A stretch of 62,200 nucleotides of DNA, counting the filler, from Squatina squatina (Eukaryota): NCBI GenBank assembly GCA_031763465.1. It is 4 parts of 4 records of this genome, joined end to end, with 100 filler letters (N's around TTAATTAATTAA, not from the genome) between each part and the next. Parts side by side here need not be neighbours in the genome. Positions count along the whole stretch, not along the records: positions 29,531 to 48,168 come from JARFOE010000013.1; positions 48,269 to 62,200 come from JARFOE010000189.1; 2 more parts are not named here. One strand, 5' to 3'. Positions 37,926 to 50,083 of the stretch are shown here, piece after piece. How positions within the stretch are numbered: position 1 is the first letter of the stretch; the number at the start of each line of letters is the position of its first letter. A program made the translations under genes and the position numbers. The notes under the pieces are model-generated. The model was not told the origin of the DNA. It made no database searches and saw only the letters and a program-made list of their open reading frames with translations.

Positions 37926-38647
37926 NNNNNNNNNNNNNNNNNNNNNNNNNNNNNNNNNNNNNNNNNNNNNNNNNNNNNNNNNNNNNNNNNNNNNNNNNNN
38001 NNNNNNNNNNNNNNNNNNNNNNNNNTGAAACCTCACCATGGGTGCAAGTAATCACTAAAGGGTGAAATAGATCCTATCTGATGATTTTCGATCATGTTTG
38101 GGACAAGGATGCTTCATTAACACCAGTCATTTTATCCGACAGCCTGGATAAGAAGCAGTGCAGGTTTGGAATTGGGACCCCAGATCCCCAGTATAGGAGG
38201 CCAGTGCTCTGCCACTAGAGGCTCCTGTCCTATTTTTAGCAGAATTTATGAACTAGGCCGAAAAAGAAATTGTGCAATAGCAGGAATCAGGGCCGAGGTT
38301 ATTTTACGACGTCAATCCTGGAGGTTTCCCATGGGAGATAGCAGAGCTCTGTCTCAGTCAAAGGAAATAAATCACAGTGATCCTATGAAGTTGAGCTTTC
38401 TAGAACACTCCCTGGGATAGTCACAAGCCAGCGAAGCTTCTGCCTTCTTACCAGTATGTTGGCTGGTATTATATTGTGTAATGGATACTCTGAGCACAAA
38501 TCCAATCAAGAGCTTTAAATGACATTGCAAACTACAAGGGTGATGCGNNNNNNNNNNNNNNNNNNNNNNNNNNNNNNNNNNNNNNNNNNNNNNNNNNNNN
38601 NNNNNNNNNNNNNNNNNNNNNNNNNNNNNNNNNNNNNNNNNNNNNNN

Positions 38648-39060
38648 GAAGTGGGCGTCGCTGGCAAGGCCAGCATTTATTGCCCATCCCCAATTGCCAT
38701 TGAGGTGGTGGTGAGCTGCTGCAGTCCGTGTGGTGAAGGTACTCCCACAGTGTTGGTACGGAGTGAGTTTCAGGATTTTGACCCAGCGACGATGAAGGAA
38801 TGGTGACATACTTCCAAGTCCGGATGGTGTGTAACTTGGAGGGGGACCTGCAGGTGATGGTGTTCCCATGTGCCTGCTGCCCTTCTAGGTGGTAGAGGTC
38901 ACAGGGTTTCGAGGTGCTGCTGAAGATGCCTTGGCGAATTGCCACAGTGCATCTTGTAGATGGTACTCACTGCAGCCACGGTGCGTCAGTAGTGGAGGGA
39001 GTGAATTTTTAAGGTAGTGGATGGGGTACCAATCAAGCGGGCTGCTTTGTCCTGGATGGG
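38648..39060 (-). mobile_element. Non-LTR retrotransposon 3' fragment
   Basis: IQDKAARLIGTPST...; tail ccagcatttattgcccatcccc. Confidence 0.65.
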
Positions 39061-39376
39061 ACCTCTCTCTCCTTTGAGACGCTGCCTAAAACCTATCTCT
39101 TTGACCAAGCCTTTGGTCACCTCTCCTAATATTAAGATTACGTGTTTCAGTGTCAAATTTTGACTGATAACACTCTTGGGACGTTTTATTGTGATAAAGG
39201 TGCTATATAAATGCAACTTGTTGTTAATAGAATTTTTTCAGTATTTTCCCCTTCCGGGACTCTACCTCAGTGCCCTTTGTCCAACTTTGGATTTGACAAA
39301 AATTAACAGCCCTCACCATGATAACAGCTCAGTTTTCTCTGCACATTAATAACTAACATTCCTTCTCCTGGTGCAG

Positions 39377-40197
39377 GCAGCTCTACTGTGTTCTGCAAAC
39401 CGCTGATCATCGATGCTCAGCTGTTTGTCGTTGTGGCCCAGCTGTTTGGCGGCTCCCACATCTACAAAAGGGACAGTTTTGCCAACAAGTTCATCAAGAT
39501 GCAAGACGTAGACAACGTTAAAATCAGAAAACCGAATGACATTGAGACATTTAAAATAGAAGGAGAATGGTACTTTGTCATTGCAGACACATCAAAGGCT
39601 GGGTCAACCACTGTGTATAAATGGAATGGGAATGGATTCTACTCCCATCAGAGTCTGCATTCTTGGTTTAGAGACACGGATGTGGAGTACCTTGAAATAG
39701 CTAACAAGCCACACTTGATCTTGTCAAGTAGCTCCCAACGTCCTGTCATCTTCCAGTGGAGCAAGAGCCAGAAGGAGTTTGTGTGGCGTACTGATATCCC
39801 TGACATGGAGGATGTGTACGCAGTGAAACATTTCGAAGTCAAGGATGACCTCTACATTTGCCTAACCAGGTTCATAGGTGACTCCAAAATGATGAAATGG
39901 GAGACCTCCAGGTTTGTGGAGAGACAGACCTTTCCATCCCGCGGTGCCATGGTGTTTCAACCTCTCCGGATAAACAACTGGCAGTATGCCATTCTCGGGA
40001 GTGACTACTCGTTCACCCAGATCTACCGCTGGGAAACAGAGAAAGGCAAATTTGTGAAATTCCAAGAATTGAACATCCAGGCTCCACGATCATTTACATT
40101 TGTGTTGACAGACAATTGTGAGTTCATGTTCAGTTCAAGTTTCAAGGGAAATACACAAATCTACAAACACGTCACCATTGACTTAAGCACAATATGA
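39377..40197 (+). CDS. LGI1-like protein, terminal exon (EPTP/EAR repeats)
   Basis: gtgcag|GC acceptor; [33 protein letters not shown]...KPNDIETF...[15 protein letters not shown]...[18 protein letters not shown]. Closest to LGI1 among LGI1-4 as recalled. Confidence 0.9.
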
Positions 40198-41096
40198 GAA
40201 AACGCTCAAATGTAATTAAAGATCAATAAAATGACATTTTAAAAGTAGCTTTGGGTGATAATATTTACATGGACGTGATAATGAAACGTATGCATGATTT
40301 ATCATTGTTCTGTGATGAATGCCATCAGGTTCTGGTTTACTGGGAAATATATTTCTATTCCTCGTGTTCATTTTCCCCATTTTCTTTGATCGCATCACAC
40401 GTAGTGGTTTCCGNNNNNNNNNNNNNNNNNNNNNNNNNNNNNNNNNNNNNNNNNNNNNNNNNNNNNNNNNNNNNNNNNNNNNNNNNNNNNNNNNNNNNNN
40501 NNNNNNNNNNNNNAGAGGGTAGTGGGGATCTGGAACTCACTGCCTGAAAGGGTGGTAGAGGCAGAAACCCTCAGCATTTAAAAAGGATATGCACTTGAAG
40601 TGCCGTAACCTACAAGGCCTCGGACCAAGTGCTGGAAAACGGGATTAGGCTGGATAGCTCTTGGTCGGCTGGCACGGACACGATGGGCCGAATGGCCTCC
40701 TGTGCCATAATTACTATGATTTGTGTAACTGACCTTTCATATCTGGTACCATTCTGGTAAATTCGGTCTGCGCCAGCTCTAAGGCCTTAACAAGCTTCCT
40801 AAATGTCCATTTAAAGCAAGCTGGAAAAGTTGGCTATGATTGACATGACCAGGGATGAGGTAGAAAATGCACACAAAGTTTATATAATAATAAATAAAAA
40901 AAAAACTGACCACAGATAGTGATTAATGGCACAAGATAACTGGAAAGCTACTCAGAAGAGGAACTTAGGAAAGAAGTAAATTTTAAGAACAGTATACTTT
41001 TTTTTTATTAACCCACGTTCTTAGCTTGCTGTTTGGCTATGGTTTGGTTTCTGTCTAGATGTGATTAATGTAAATACTTCTGTACTTTTTTCTTAG

Positions 41097-41279
<183 letters not shown>

Positions 41280-41914
41280 TGAGTCTGAATTTATCTTTAT
41301 GCAAACCATTTGTCCTGGCTAAATATTGCAACACAGGTGTGGGAAGAACACGATGGCAAGAAGAATGAATGGCAAAACCATAACTTCGAACCAAACTTCC
41401 AGGAATGCATTCAGTTGTGTGTCTCACTTCGTCATGCAGTCTGCTTCAAAGACCTTTCCCGGTAACTTATTTCACAGCTGTACCTTTTTTTTAGAACCAC
41501 AGAATAGTACAGCACAGAAGAAGGCCATTCGGCTCATCGAGTCTGCACTGGCTCTTTCAAAGAGCAATCCAGTTAGTCCCACTCCCCTGCTCTTTCCGCA
41601 TATCCCTGCAAATTTTTCTCCTTCAAGTATTTAGAAACATAGAAGATAGGAGCAGGAGTAGGCCCTTCGAGCCTGCTCTGCCATTCAATGAGATCACGGC
41701 TGATCTTCCAAATTCAGTACCCTGTCCCTGCTTTCTCCCCATATCCTTTGATCCCTTTAGCCTTAAGGACTATNNNNNNNNNNNNNNNNNNNNNNNNNNN
41801 NNNNNNNNNNNNNNNNNNNNNNNNNNNNNNNNNNNNNNNNNNNNNNNNNNNNNNNNNNNNNNNNNNNNNNNNNATAGCATTATTAATATTCTTCAATATA
41901 GCATTATTGATACT

Positions 41915-42150
41915 ATATTGGCCAGGACAGCAGGGAGAATTCCCCTGCTCTTTTTTGAATAGTGCCATTGCCACCCACCTGAAAGGGCAGACAGGGCCTC
42001 AGTTTAACATCTAATCTGAAAGGCGGCACCTCTGGCAGCGCTGCACTCCCTCAGTACTGCACTGGAGTGTCGGCCTGGATTTGTGTGCTCAAGCCTCTAG
42101 AGTGGGAGTAGAACTCACAACCTCCTGACTCAGACGTGAGGGTGCTACTA
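41915..42150 (-). mobile_element. DeuSINE/SacSINE1-like SINE fragment
   Basis: tattggccaggaca...gcactccctcagtactgcactggagtgtc...ctgactcaga, shared in part with 43457-43800. Confidence 0.6.
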
Positions 42151-42247
42151 CTTGTAGCATCCTTAGCACTGGCTTGACCTGAAATCAGAGAAGTCAGCAC
42201 AGACTGGGCACCAATCCTGGACCTCTCTGATCCGTATGGCTCAACTA

Positions 42248-43261
42248 CTAGTCATTGGAAAAACTGGCTGAGCCATGAAAGTAGTTCTGTCTTTTGACAC
42301 AACATAGCACTTTCTTAAAAGTACTGCGTAATTCAGGACTTTGGAATGCATATATAAGGGGGTCAATGATTGAGTGGCACATGACGAAGATTAGATCAAC
42401 CTGAAAGAGCGATATAAAACATGTACAGTATGGGTTTGATGGACAGAATAAGTAGAGAGTGAAATGTAGGGAAAATGGAGCCCAACAGACAACAAAGATC
42501 CCGAGGAGGATAGTTAAAGTGAGGGCTCCTCTAAAATTGATTCGTCGATGAACTCCACGACCTGGAAGGTTTCTAATCCGCTTTGCATGCATTTGAGCCA
42601 ACAGGAACATGCATATGTAAATGGACACAATTAGAATTAATGTCACAAAGAACAGTATAAAAAAGAAGCTAACAATGGCGTGATATCGGGCGAAAGTGAT
42701 CATGATGATGCCAGTAAAAGTACAAAACACCCATATCGCTGCAATGATAAGAGCTACTCGCTTTCTAGTCATGATGTTGTGGTAACGCAGAGCATGGAAA
42801 ACAGTTATGTATCTGTCGGTCGTGATTGCTGCCAAATTGAAAATGGAGGCTATGAAAGAAATGCACAATAATGCGTCATACATATCATCTAATCGATCTA
42901 ACAAGGCATCAGCGAACAGATGTTCATTGTGATTTGTTATATCTATTGTAATTGCTTCCCAGGCCTTGGTCAAACTTAGCAGAATGTCTGAAACCGCTAA
43001 ACTGCAGATGAAGAAGTACATCGGAGAATGCAGATTCCTGTTTTTGATCACTGCAATGATTACCAGCAGGTTTTCGAGCAAACTTATTCCTGCAAAAATG
43101 AGATACACCGTGGTTGGGATTGGGATTTGGGTGCACTCCTTCACAGCACTCACATTCATCTGACTGCTGCCATTTGCTTCAGGCGCTGTTCTATTCGGCG
43201 GCCAAGGAGAGATGGTGGCCTCTGTGTCCAGTGAGAAGTTAAGTCCTGCCATTGGTTGCAT
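42248..43261 (-). CDS. MC2R: Melanocortin 2 receptor (ACTH receptor), single coding exon
   Basis: 337-aa 7TM ORF: SLLENLLVI.AVIKNRNLHSPMYFFICSLAVSD, DRYITVFHALRYHNIMT, CWAPF.LH, CPSNPYCTC, HSIIDPLIYAFQSPELR. MC2R-type features; next to RNMT. Confidence 0.9.
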   Translation of the reverse strand: MQPMAGLNFSLDTEATISPWPPNRTAPEANGSSQMNVSAVKECTQIPIPTTVYLIFAGISLLENLLVIIAVIKNRNLHSPMYFFICSLAVSDILLSLTKAWEAITIDITNHNEHLFADALLDRLDDMYDALLCISFIASIFNLAAITTDRYITVFHALRYHNIMTRKRVALIIAAIWVFCTFTGIIMITFARYHAIVSFFFILFFVTLILIVSIYICMFLLAQMHAKRIRNLPGRGVHRRINFRGALTLTILLGIFVVCWAPFSLHFTLYLFCPSNPYCTCFISLFQVDLIFVMCHSIIDPLIYAFQSPELRSTFKKVLCCVKRQNYFHGSASFSND

Positions 43262-43456
43262 TAGGTGTCCAAGGTGAAATTCAAGGAAAATTGATCTTCA
43301 ACAAGGAGATTGAAAAACAAGTGCTTGATGTGGAATTGTCTTGTTCTTGCTTTGCGTAGAGCCATGAACTTTCACTGCACCAGGAAGTGGAGGCTGTATC
43401 TGAAAAAGGACCTTAAGATGAAATTATTTTGTTACACTTTAAAGAAAGAAAAAAAG

Positions 43457-43800
43457 ACTTGCATTTCTATAGCGCCTTTCATGATCTCCAGACATCCCAA
43501 AGCACTTCACAGCCAACGAAGTACTTTTGGAGTGTAGTGTCTATTGTACTGTGGGAAACGCAGCAGCCAATTTGCGCACAGCAAGATCCCACAAACAGCA
43601 ATGCGATAATGACCAGATAATCTGTTTTAGTGATGTTGAATGAGGGATAAATATTGAACAGGACACCAGGGAGAACTCCCCTGCTCTTCTTCAAAATAGT
43701 GCCGTTGGATCTTTTACATCCACCTGAGAGAGTAGATGGGGCCTCGCTTTAACGTCTCATCCAAAAGACGGCACCCCCTCAGTGCTGCCCCTGCGACAGT
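43457..43800 (-). mobile_element. DeuSINE/SacSINE1-like SINE
   Basis: Long copy of the dispersed repeat also seen at 14773, 41915, 44995 and 46157. Confidence 0.65.
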
Positions 43801-43916
43801 GCAGCACTCCCTCTGTACTGTCCCTCCAACAGTGCACCGCTCCCTCAGTACTGCCCCTCCGACAGTGCAACACTCCCTCAGTACTGCCCCTCCGACAGTG
43901 CAACACTCCCTCAGTA
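43775..43916. repeat. 33-bp minisatellite derived from a SINE segment
   Basis: About four units of ccctcagtactgcccctccgacagtgca(g/a)cact running into the gap. Confidence 0.85.
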
Positions 43917-46522
43917 NNNNNNNNNNNNNNNNNNNNNNNNNNNNNNNNNNNNNNNNNNNNNNNNNNNNNNNNNNNNNNNNNNNNNNNNNNNNNNNNNNNN
44001 NNNNNNNNNNNNNNNNCTCCGCCATTCAACAAGATCATGGCTGATCTTCTACCTCGACGCCATTTTCCTGCACTATCCCCATATCCCTTGATGCCTTTAA
44101 TATCTAGAAATCTATCGACCTCTGTTTTGAATGTACTCAATGACTGAGACTCCACGGCCACTTGCCGCAGGCTCCCCGTTTAAACAGACTGGGTTTCTGA
44201 TCGTGTTGTCCAGCGTGCCAGAGGAAATCGTAGTGCTGTTTGCATCGGGCACTGCATCACAGTCACTGCCCCGCCACCAATCAATTAGGGACAAACTGCA
44301 GGTGCAGCAACGCCGAGGGCTTGAGTTCATTTTAGCCTTGTGTTTGCACGACAAAAGCCCCTGGACTAATAAGGATAATAAATGGCTTCACCTGGCCCGT
44401 AACCGCTAACACCGAATGCAAATTTATTTAGATACTTCATCATTATCTTTGCACTCTAATGAGGTTCCACGGCACCGAATGTTGGTTGCGAGTACCACAG
44501 AGCAATTTGTTACCCACTAATTATTCTCCTGGTTCATCATCATCGTTAGCAGGCCTACTGCGTGCAAAGGGCAACCCATTTTTACAACAAAACGTCGTCA
44601 GCACCATTTTTCCAAGCCTCCTTCCCACCAAGGATTGGGATTAAGCAAGTCAGCCTGCACTCTTTAATAAAAGGACCATTCTTTTCTGAAAAATGGAACC
44701 TAGTGCAGCACGTAGCTGGGTAACTGGTTCGCTGTTCGAGCTGCTCTTCTGTCAGCGTTGCCGTGTTGCTTGTGACTGTGTGCCTTCCACTGTATGCCTC
44801 TCAATAGGTCTGTTTTTTGGGGACCTTTTCAACAACAGTGCAAGAGCTCCGTACAAGCCAGTGTGCTTCTGTTAGTGCCAGGCTGTTTTTTGGGGTCACC
44901 CTCGCAATGATACAAGACAGAGATTTGCAAACGGTGAGGGAAATCTAGGTAAAGGGCCAAGATCTATCAAGGATGAAAAGAGTAGGAAAAGAAAGAACTT
45001 GCATTTCTACAGTGCCTCACGTGACCTCAGGGTGCCCCAAAGAGCTTTACAGCCAATGAAGTACAGTGCAGNNNNNNNNNNNNNNNNNNNNNNNNNNNNN
45101 NNNNNNNNNNNNNNNNNNNNNNNNNNNNNNNNNNNNNNNNNNNNNNNNNNNNNNNNNNNNNNNNNNNNNNNATCCAATTAGTCTCATGCTCCTTGCTCTT
45201 TCCCCACAGCCCTGCAATTTTTCTTCCCCTTCAAGTATTTATCCAATTCCGTTCTGAAAGTTGCCCTTGAGCTTGCTGCCTCCACCCTTTCAGGCAGCCC
45301 GTTCCAGATCATTCCCAAAGAGCCCAGAGTTTGCACGGCACTCTGAGGCGGAGCCCAGAGCTTAATCACATTTATGCGTCCCTTGTGCCAAAGCCCTATT
45401 ATGAGTTCATTCTTTGAACTATTTCCCGATCCATCTCAATCAAGATGAAAGAACTAGGACAAAGGACAAAAGGAAAATGCCACTAATATGTTATTGTTAC
45501 ATAATCAAAAATATAATTTCAATGTGCGATGGGATTTTGAAAGGCACAAGGTATGGAATATATGAAAAGCAAAAAAAAATGCTGTCTCTTTGGTATGTAT
45601 AATAACATCTTGATTGAATAGACTTTGAAACCTGCTTTTTATCATTTGAATAGCACTATCAAGACCTGTCAAAGTTTGATGTAAGGACCGACCTTTTGGG
45701 TACGTAAATCACTGCTGAGCAGATTGAATTCAATTACTTTGGTATAGAANNNNNNNNNNAGTTCAGATCAAGATAAAAAATATATAAAGAAAGCTTTGAC
45801 TGACCCCTGTCAATGTTCAATGTGGAGCAATTATTCTAGTTTATAGACTGCCATTATACGCCTCTCTGTAACGCAACTTACTTACTGTAATGGTCTCCCG
45901 TGTTTACCTGGCTGATCCAATGAGAAGTGTAGCAAGGTATGGTCGCATAGTGATCGTGCTACTAGACTAGCACTTTAGTAGGCCTGGACCAATAATCCAG
46001 GGGCGTGCGTTCAAATCCCACAGCGGCTGGGGAATTTAAATTCAGCTAATTAACTANNNNNNNNNNNNNNNNNNNNNNNNNNNNNNNNNNNNNNNNNNNN
46101 NNNNNNNNNNNNNNNNNNNNNNNNNNNNNNNNNNNNNNNNNNNNNNNNNNNNNNNNCCAATTTGCGCACAGCAAGCTCCCACAAACAGCAATGTGATGAT
46201 GACCAGATAATCTGTTTTTTTTTACTGCTGTTGGTTGAGGGATAAATATTGGCTCCAGGACACCGGGGAGAACTCTCTTTGCTCGTGTTGGAAAAAGTGC
46301 CGTAGGATCTTTTTACATCCGGCTGAGAGGACAGATATGAATCAACACTTTCAGGACTGAGAGGCGATTAGAGGAGAATACGGGAATGAAATAAAGGAGA
46401 TCGTACGCAATGACAATTAGGGCTAAATACTCCTTGAAAATAACCCCGATACAAATGTCGGAACATAGTTTGCGTAAACTGATAGGTATTCCAGGATACT
46501 CAGTTGAACAGTGTGGCACAGA

Positions 46523-46692
46523 TCAAATGTTTATGTCCATAGGAGTTTTGACTTTCAATGCTTCAAAAAACTCATCTGCGTGCAGTTCTATTCTGGGTGG
46601 ATTAACAGCTGGAGCATATCTGGAGGGTTTAATTGGAATCAGTTTAGCGGCAGCTAACAAGAAGATTTCTTTGTGCTCTGCTAAAGATAAAT
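46523..46692 (-). CDS. Candidate terminal coding exon of an unidentified gene
   Basis: ttttag|AT TTA...TGA; LSLAEHKEIFLLAAAKLIPIKPSRYAPAVNPPRIELHADEFFEALKVKTPMDINI*. Protein-like composition, not a recognisable repeat. Confidence 0.35.
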
Positions 46693-48168
46693 CTAAAATT
46701 CAAAATTAAACATTCATTTGAAAGCATTACCTATGCTTTGCTTGGTTTTTGCATGAGTCGAGAAAACAAACATAATAAATGTTATTGTGCTCAGTCTGTT
46801 GAGTTAAGATGGTCGTGCTGGCATTAGAATTACTGTGGGTTTTATGGGCAACGTGCTGGAAAAATAATGTGTACTCCGAAGGTAGTTGCTCGGGGGGATC
46901 TCTACAGGAGAGGAGTGGTGGGGAGGTAACCATAGAATCACAGAATCAAAGAATTATACGGCACAGAAAGAGGCCGTTCAGCCCATCATGTCTGTGCTGG
47001 TTCTTTGAAAGAGCTATCCAATCTCTCCTACTCCAGTGCCCTTTCCCCATAGCGTTGTAAGATCATAAGACAAAAGAAATAGGAGCAGGACTAGGCCATT
47101 CGGCCCCTCAAGCCTGCTCTGTCATTTAATGAGGTTGTGGCTGATCTTCTACTTCAACTCCACTTTCCTGCACTATCTCCATATCCCCTGATTCCCGTAA
47201 TATCAAATCTATCATAGAAACATAGAAGATAGGAGCAGGAGTAGGCTATTCGGCCCTTCGAGCCTGCTCTGCCNNNNNNNNNNNNNNNNNNNNNNNNNNN
47301 NNNNNNNNNNNNNNNNNNNNNNNNNNNNNNNNNNNNNNNNNNNNNNNNNNNNNNNNNNNNNNNNNNNNNNNNNCACCTCCATAGGTACATTTAAGGGAAA
47401 GCTGGATAAAAACATGAGGAAGAAAGGAATAGAAGGACATGCAGATAGGGTTAGATGAAGAGGAGTGGGGGGAGGCTCGTGTGGAACATGAACACCAGCA
47501 CAGACCAGTTGGGCTGAATGGCCTGTTTCTGTGCTGCACATTCTATGTAATCTGATTTTCCATTCATTAACTTCCATGGACAGGAATAATGTGGGCTCCC
47601 TTACAGGCTTATGCTCTTTTCATCCTGATTTTCTAGTATTTGCTGTGCCTGGGCAATCCAATAGCTGCGGGCCCAGTAAGTCACTTCCTGCATATATTAT
47701 AATTACTTCTCTCACAGTTTTAAAAGCTGAAAAGCAAATTAAACATTGAAATAGTTGCTATTTGCTAAGACTCTCCTCACTGCAGTTCCTTTGTTCCTTA
47801 AGAGAATCAGAACATTCGCCGCTAAAGAACCCTGAGGCCCTTTAAAAACGGTACATGCACTTTCCTGAAGTGACAGATTGGTCAATAGCTTATTACTACT
47901 CTGCTTGTAAACCAAACTGCCTTCTGGCTTCTGTCTCAGAGGATCAACAAACAGATGAGACTAAATAGTGGCTAACCAACTGTGACCCTACATAGTGATT
48001 GTTGATTCTTTGGTTAGTGCTTAGTGTAGTATCCATTCACGAAAATTTTAGTTCTTAGCAAAATTTGGTCGAAGATTCTACAAAATGTATAGGAGAAAAG
48101 GCTTTTCAGCACATCTAGTTTGCTTCTTCCAACAAACCATACACATACATTGCACCTGAATGAACTCT

Positions 48169-48268
48169 NNNNNNNNNNNNNNNNNNNNNNNNNNNNNNNN
48201 NNNNNNNNNNNNTTAATTAATTAANNNNNNNNNNNNNNNNNNNNNNNNNNNNNNNNNNNNNNNNNNNN
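48169..48268. other. Artificial scaffold spacer (N-run containing TTAATTAATTAA)
   Basis: 12-mer at 48213-48224 inside Ns. Confidence 0.95.
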
Positions 48269-49689
48269 CACAGCCACAATGTGCTCCTTTTTCTGTAATA
48301 AAATACTTAATGGTGCGATGCTCTATCACAGCATTAAACTCACATGGGGGAAGATTTCCTGTGTGCTACATATAATGATATTGTAAACCTGCTTATAAGG
48401 AGCAGGTTGCAACACAGCTGAATTCTTCCCTAAATAGTCCAACTAATAGCAAGCATACTCACTGCACTCTCAAGTCACATATGCAATTTATTGTTAATCT
48501 TCCCTTCATTCTTGTGAAAGAAAAAAGAATCTCTGAACGGTATTGAATCAGGTACACAAAGGATTGAACTACAGAGCTTCAGAAGGGAAGGTGATCAACA
48601 GTAATGCCATGTGACATTCAGAAACTGTCCTGTACAACTTACCAGACAAAGAGTCCCATGGCATGCTGAAATGCTTTCAGTTACAGAATGGACCGTTGGG
48701 CTCCCCAGAGAACATGTCACACGAATTCTTCTTGTGTACTGTTAATTTAAAGGTCCTCCTAGAGACAGCATAACTGACAAGAGGCTGAAAATCAAGAAGT
48801 AACTATGCAACAGGGACTTGTATAAAAAGGACTGGCTGGCAGGACAATAACAACCACAAAACTAGAGCTTCTTCGCAGAATAGAAAAAGGTAGGCTTTTC
48901 CCAAAGCTGTGGCCTGAAAGCTTTAGGCCAATCCTTTTGCATTTATTGAAGACTTCAAAAACTTTTCTGCAGGCTGTTCTTTACCTGTTACTATAAAATT
49001 GATAGCTGCTAGACAACATTTAATGATTTTCTATTAATTCTGGCGGATATCATCTGTAACGATATTTGTTGCACTACAAACTGGCACCTCTTGGTGGCTG
49101 AACTGGAGCAATTACTTACATGAAAAGAATTTTGGGATGAACCATTCCTAATTCAAGGAAATTATCCCAGATATTCAAAATGATCAGCTAGAACCTGTTC
49201 AATATTTAATCAGCTTCTTTAAGCATCTAAAGTAATAATGGATCCACTTGCGTAGGAAAGTATTGATGGAAATAAAAATAATTACTCCTATAAGTAGGAT
49301 GCAATATAACAACGCAAAGCAGCTCCAACTGATGGCCCAGATCTAGAAAATATTACATAAACACCAAATTAATTTTTAATACAATTAATACCTCCTTTTA
49401 TCTCATAGTTAATCTCCCATGGCATTGCTCATGGAAAAATAATTTAAAAATATTAATGTGTCTCCCATGAAATTTATTTGTTGGATTTTATTTGAGTTGT
49501 TCTAGTATCTGGCTAGACCACACAGCTTCAAATTTAGCTGGCAAACAGTGCACTTCCATGAGGTGGAGCAGGTGGGTTGCAAGCTTTTCTCTCATCATGG
49601 AACATCTCTATCTAGCAATCTGATTAAGATATTGGCAGACACATTGGAATATTAGCCTCCGTCAGTCCTGGAATTTATTTCCCATTGTC

Positions 49690-50083
49690 AACAACAACAA
49701 CAACTTTTATTTATATAGCGTCTTTAGTGTAGTAAAACATCCCAAGGCATTTCACAGGAGTGTTATAAGACAAAAATTTGACACCGAGCCGCATAAGAAG
49801 AAATTAGGGCAGATGACCAAAAGCTTGGTCAATGAGCTACATTTTAAGAGCGTCTTAAAGGAGGAAAGAGAGGTTTAGGAAGGGAGTTCCAGAGCTTAGG
49901 GCCTAGGCAGCTGAAGGCACGGCCACTGGTGGTTGAGTGGTTATAATCAAGGATGTTCAAGGGGGTGGAATTTGAGGAGCGCAGGAAGAGGTTGTTGGGC
50001 TGAAGGAGATTGCAGAGATAGGGATGGACGAGGCCACGGGGGGATTTGAAAACAAGGATGAGAGTTTTGAAATCGACGTGTTG
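49690..50083 (-). mobile_element. L2-clade LINE 3' end with (AAC)n tail
   Basis: aacaacaacaac-ttttatttatatagcg...; translation FQNSHPCFQIPPWPRPSLSLQSP of L2-like 3' ORF. Confidence 0.65.
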
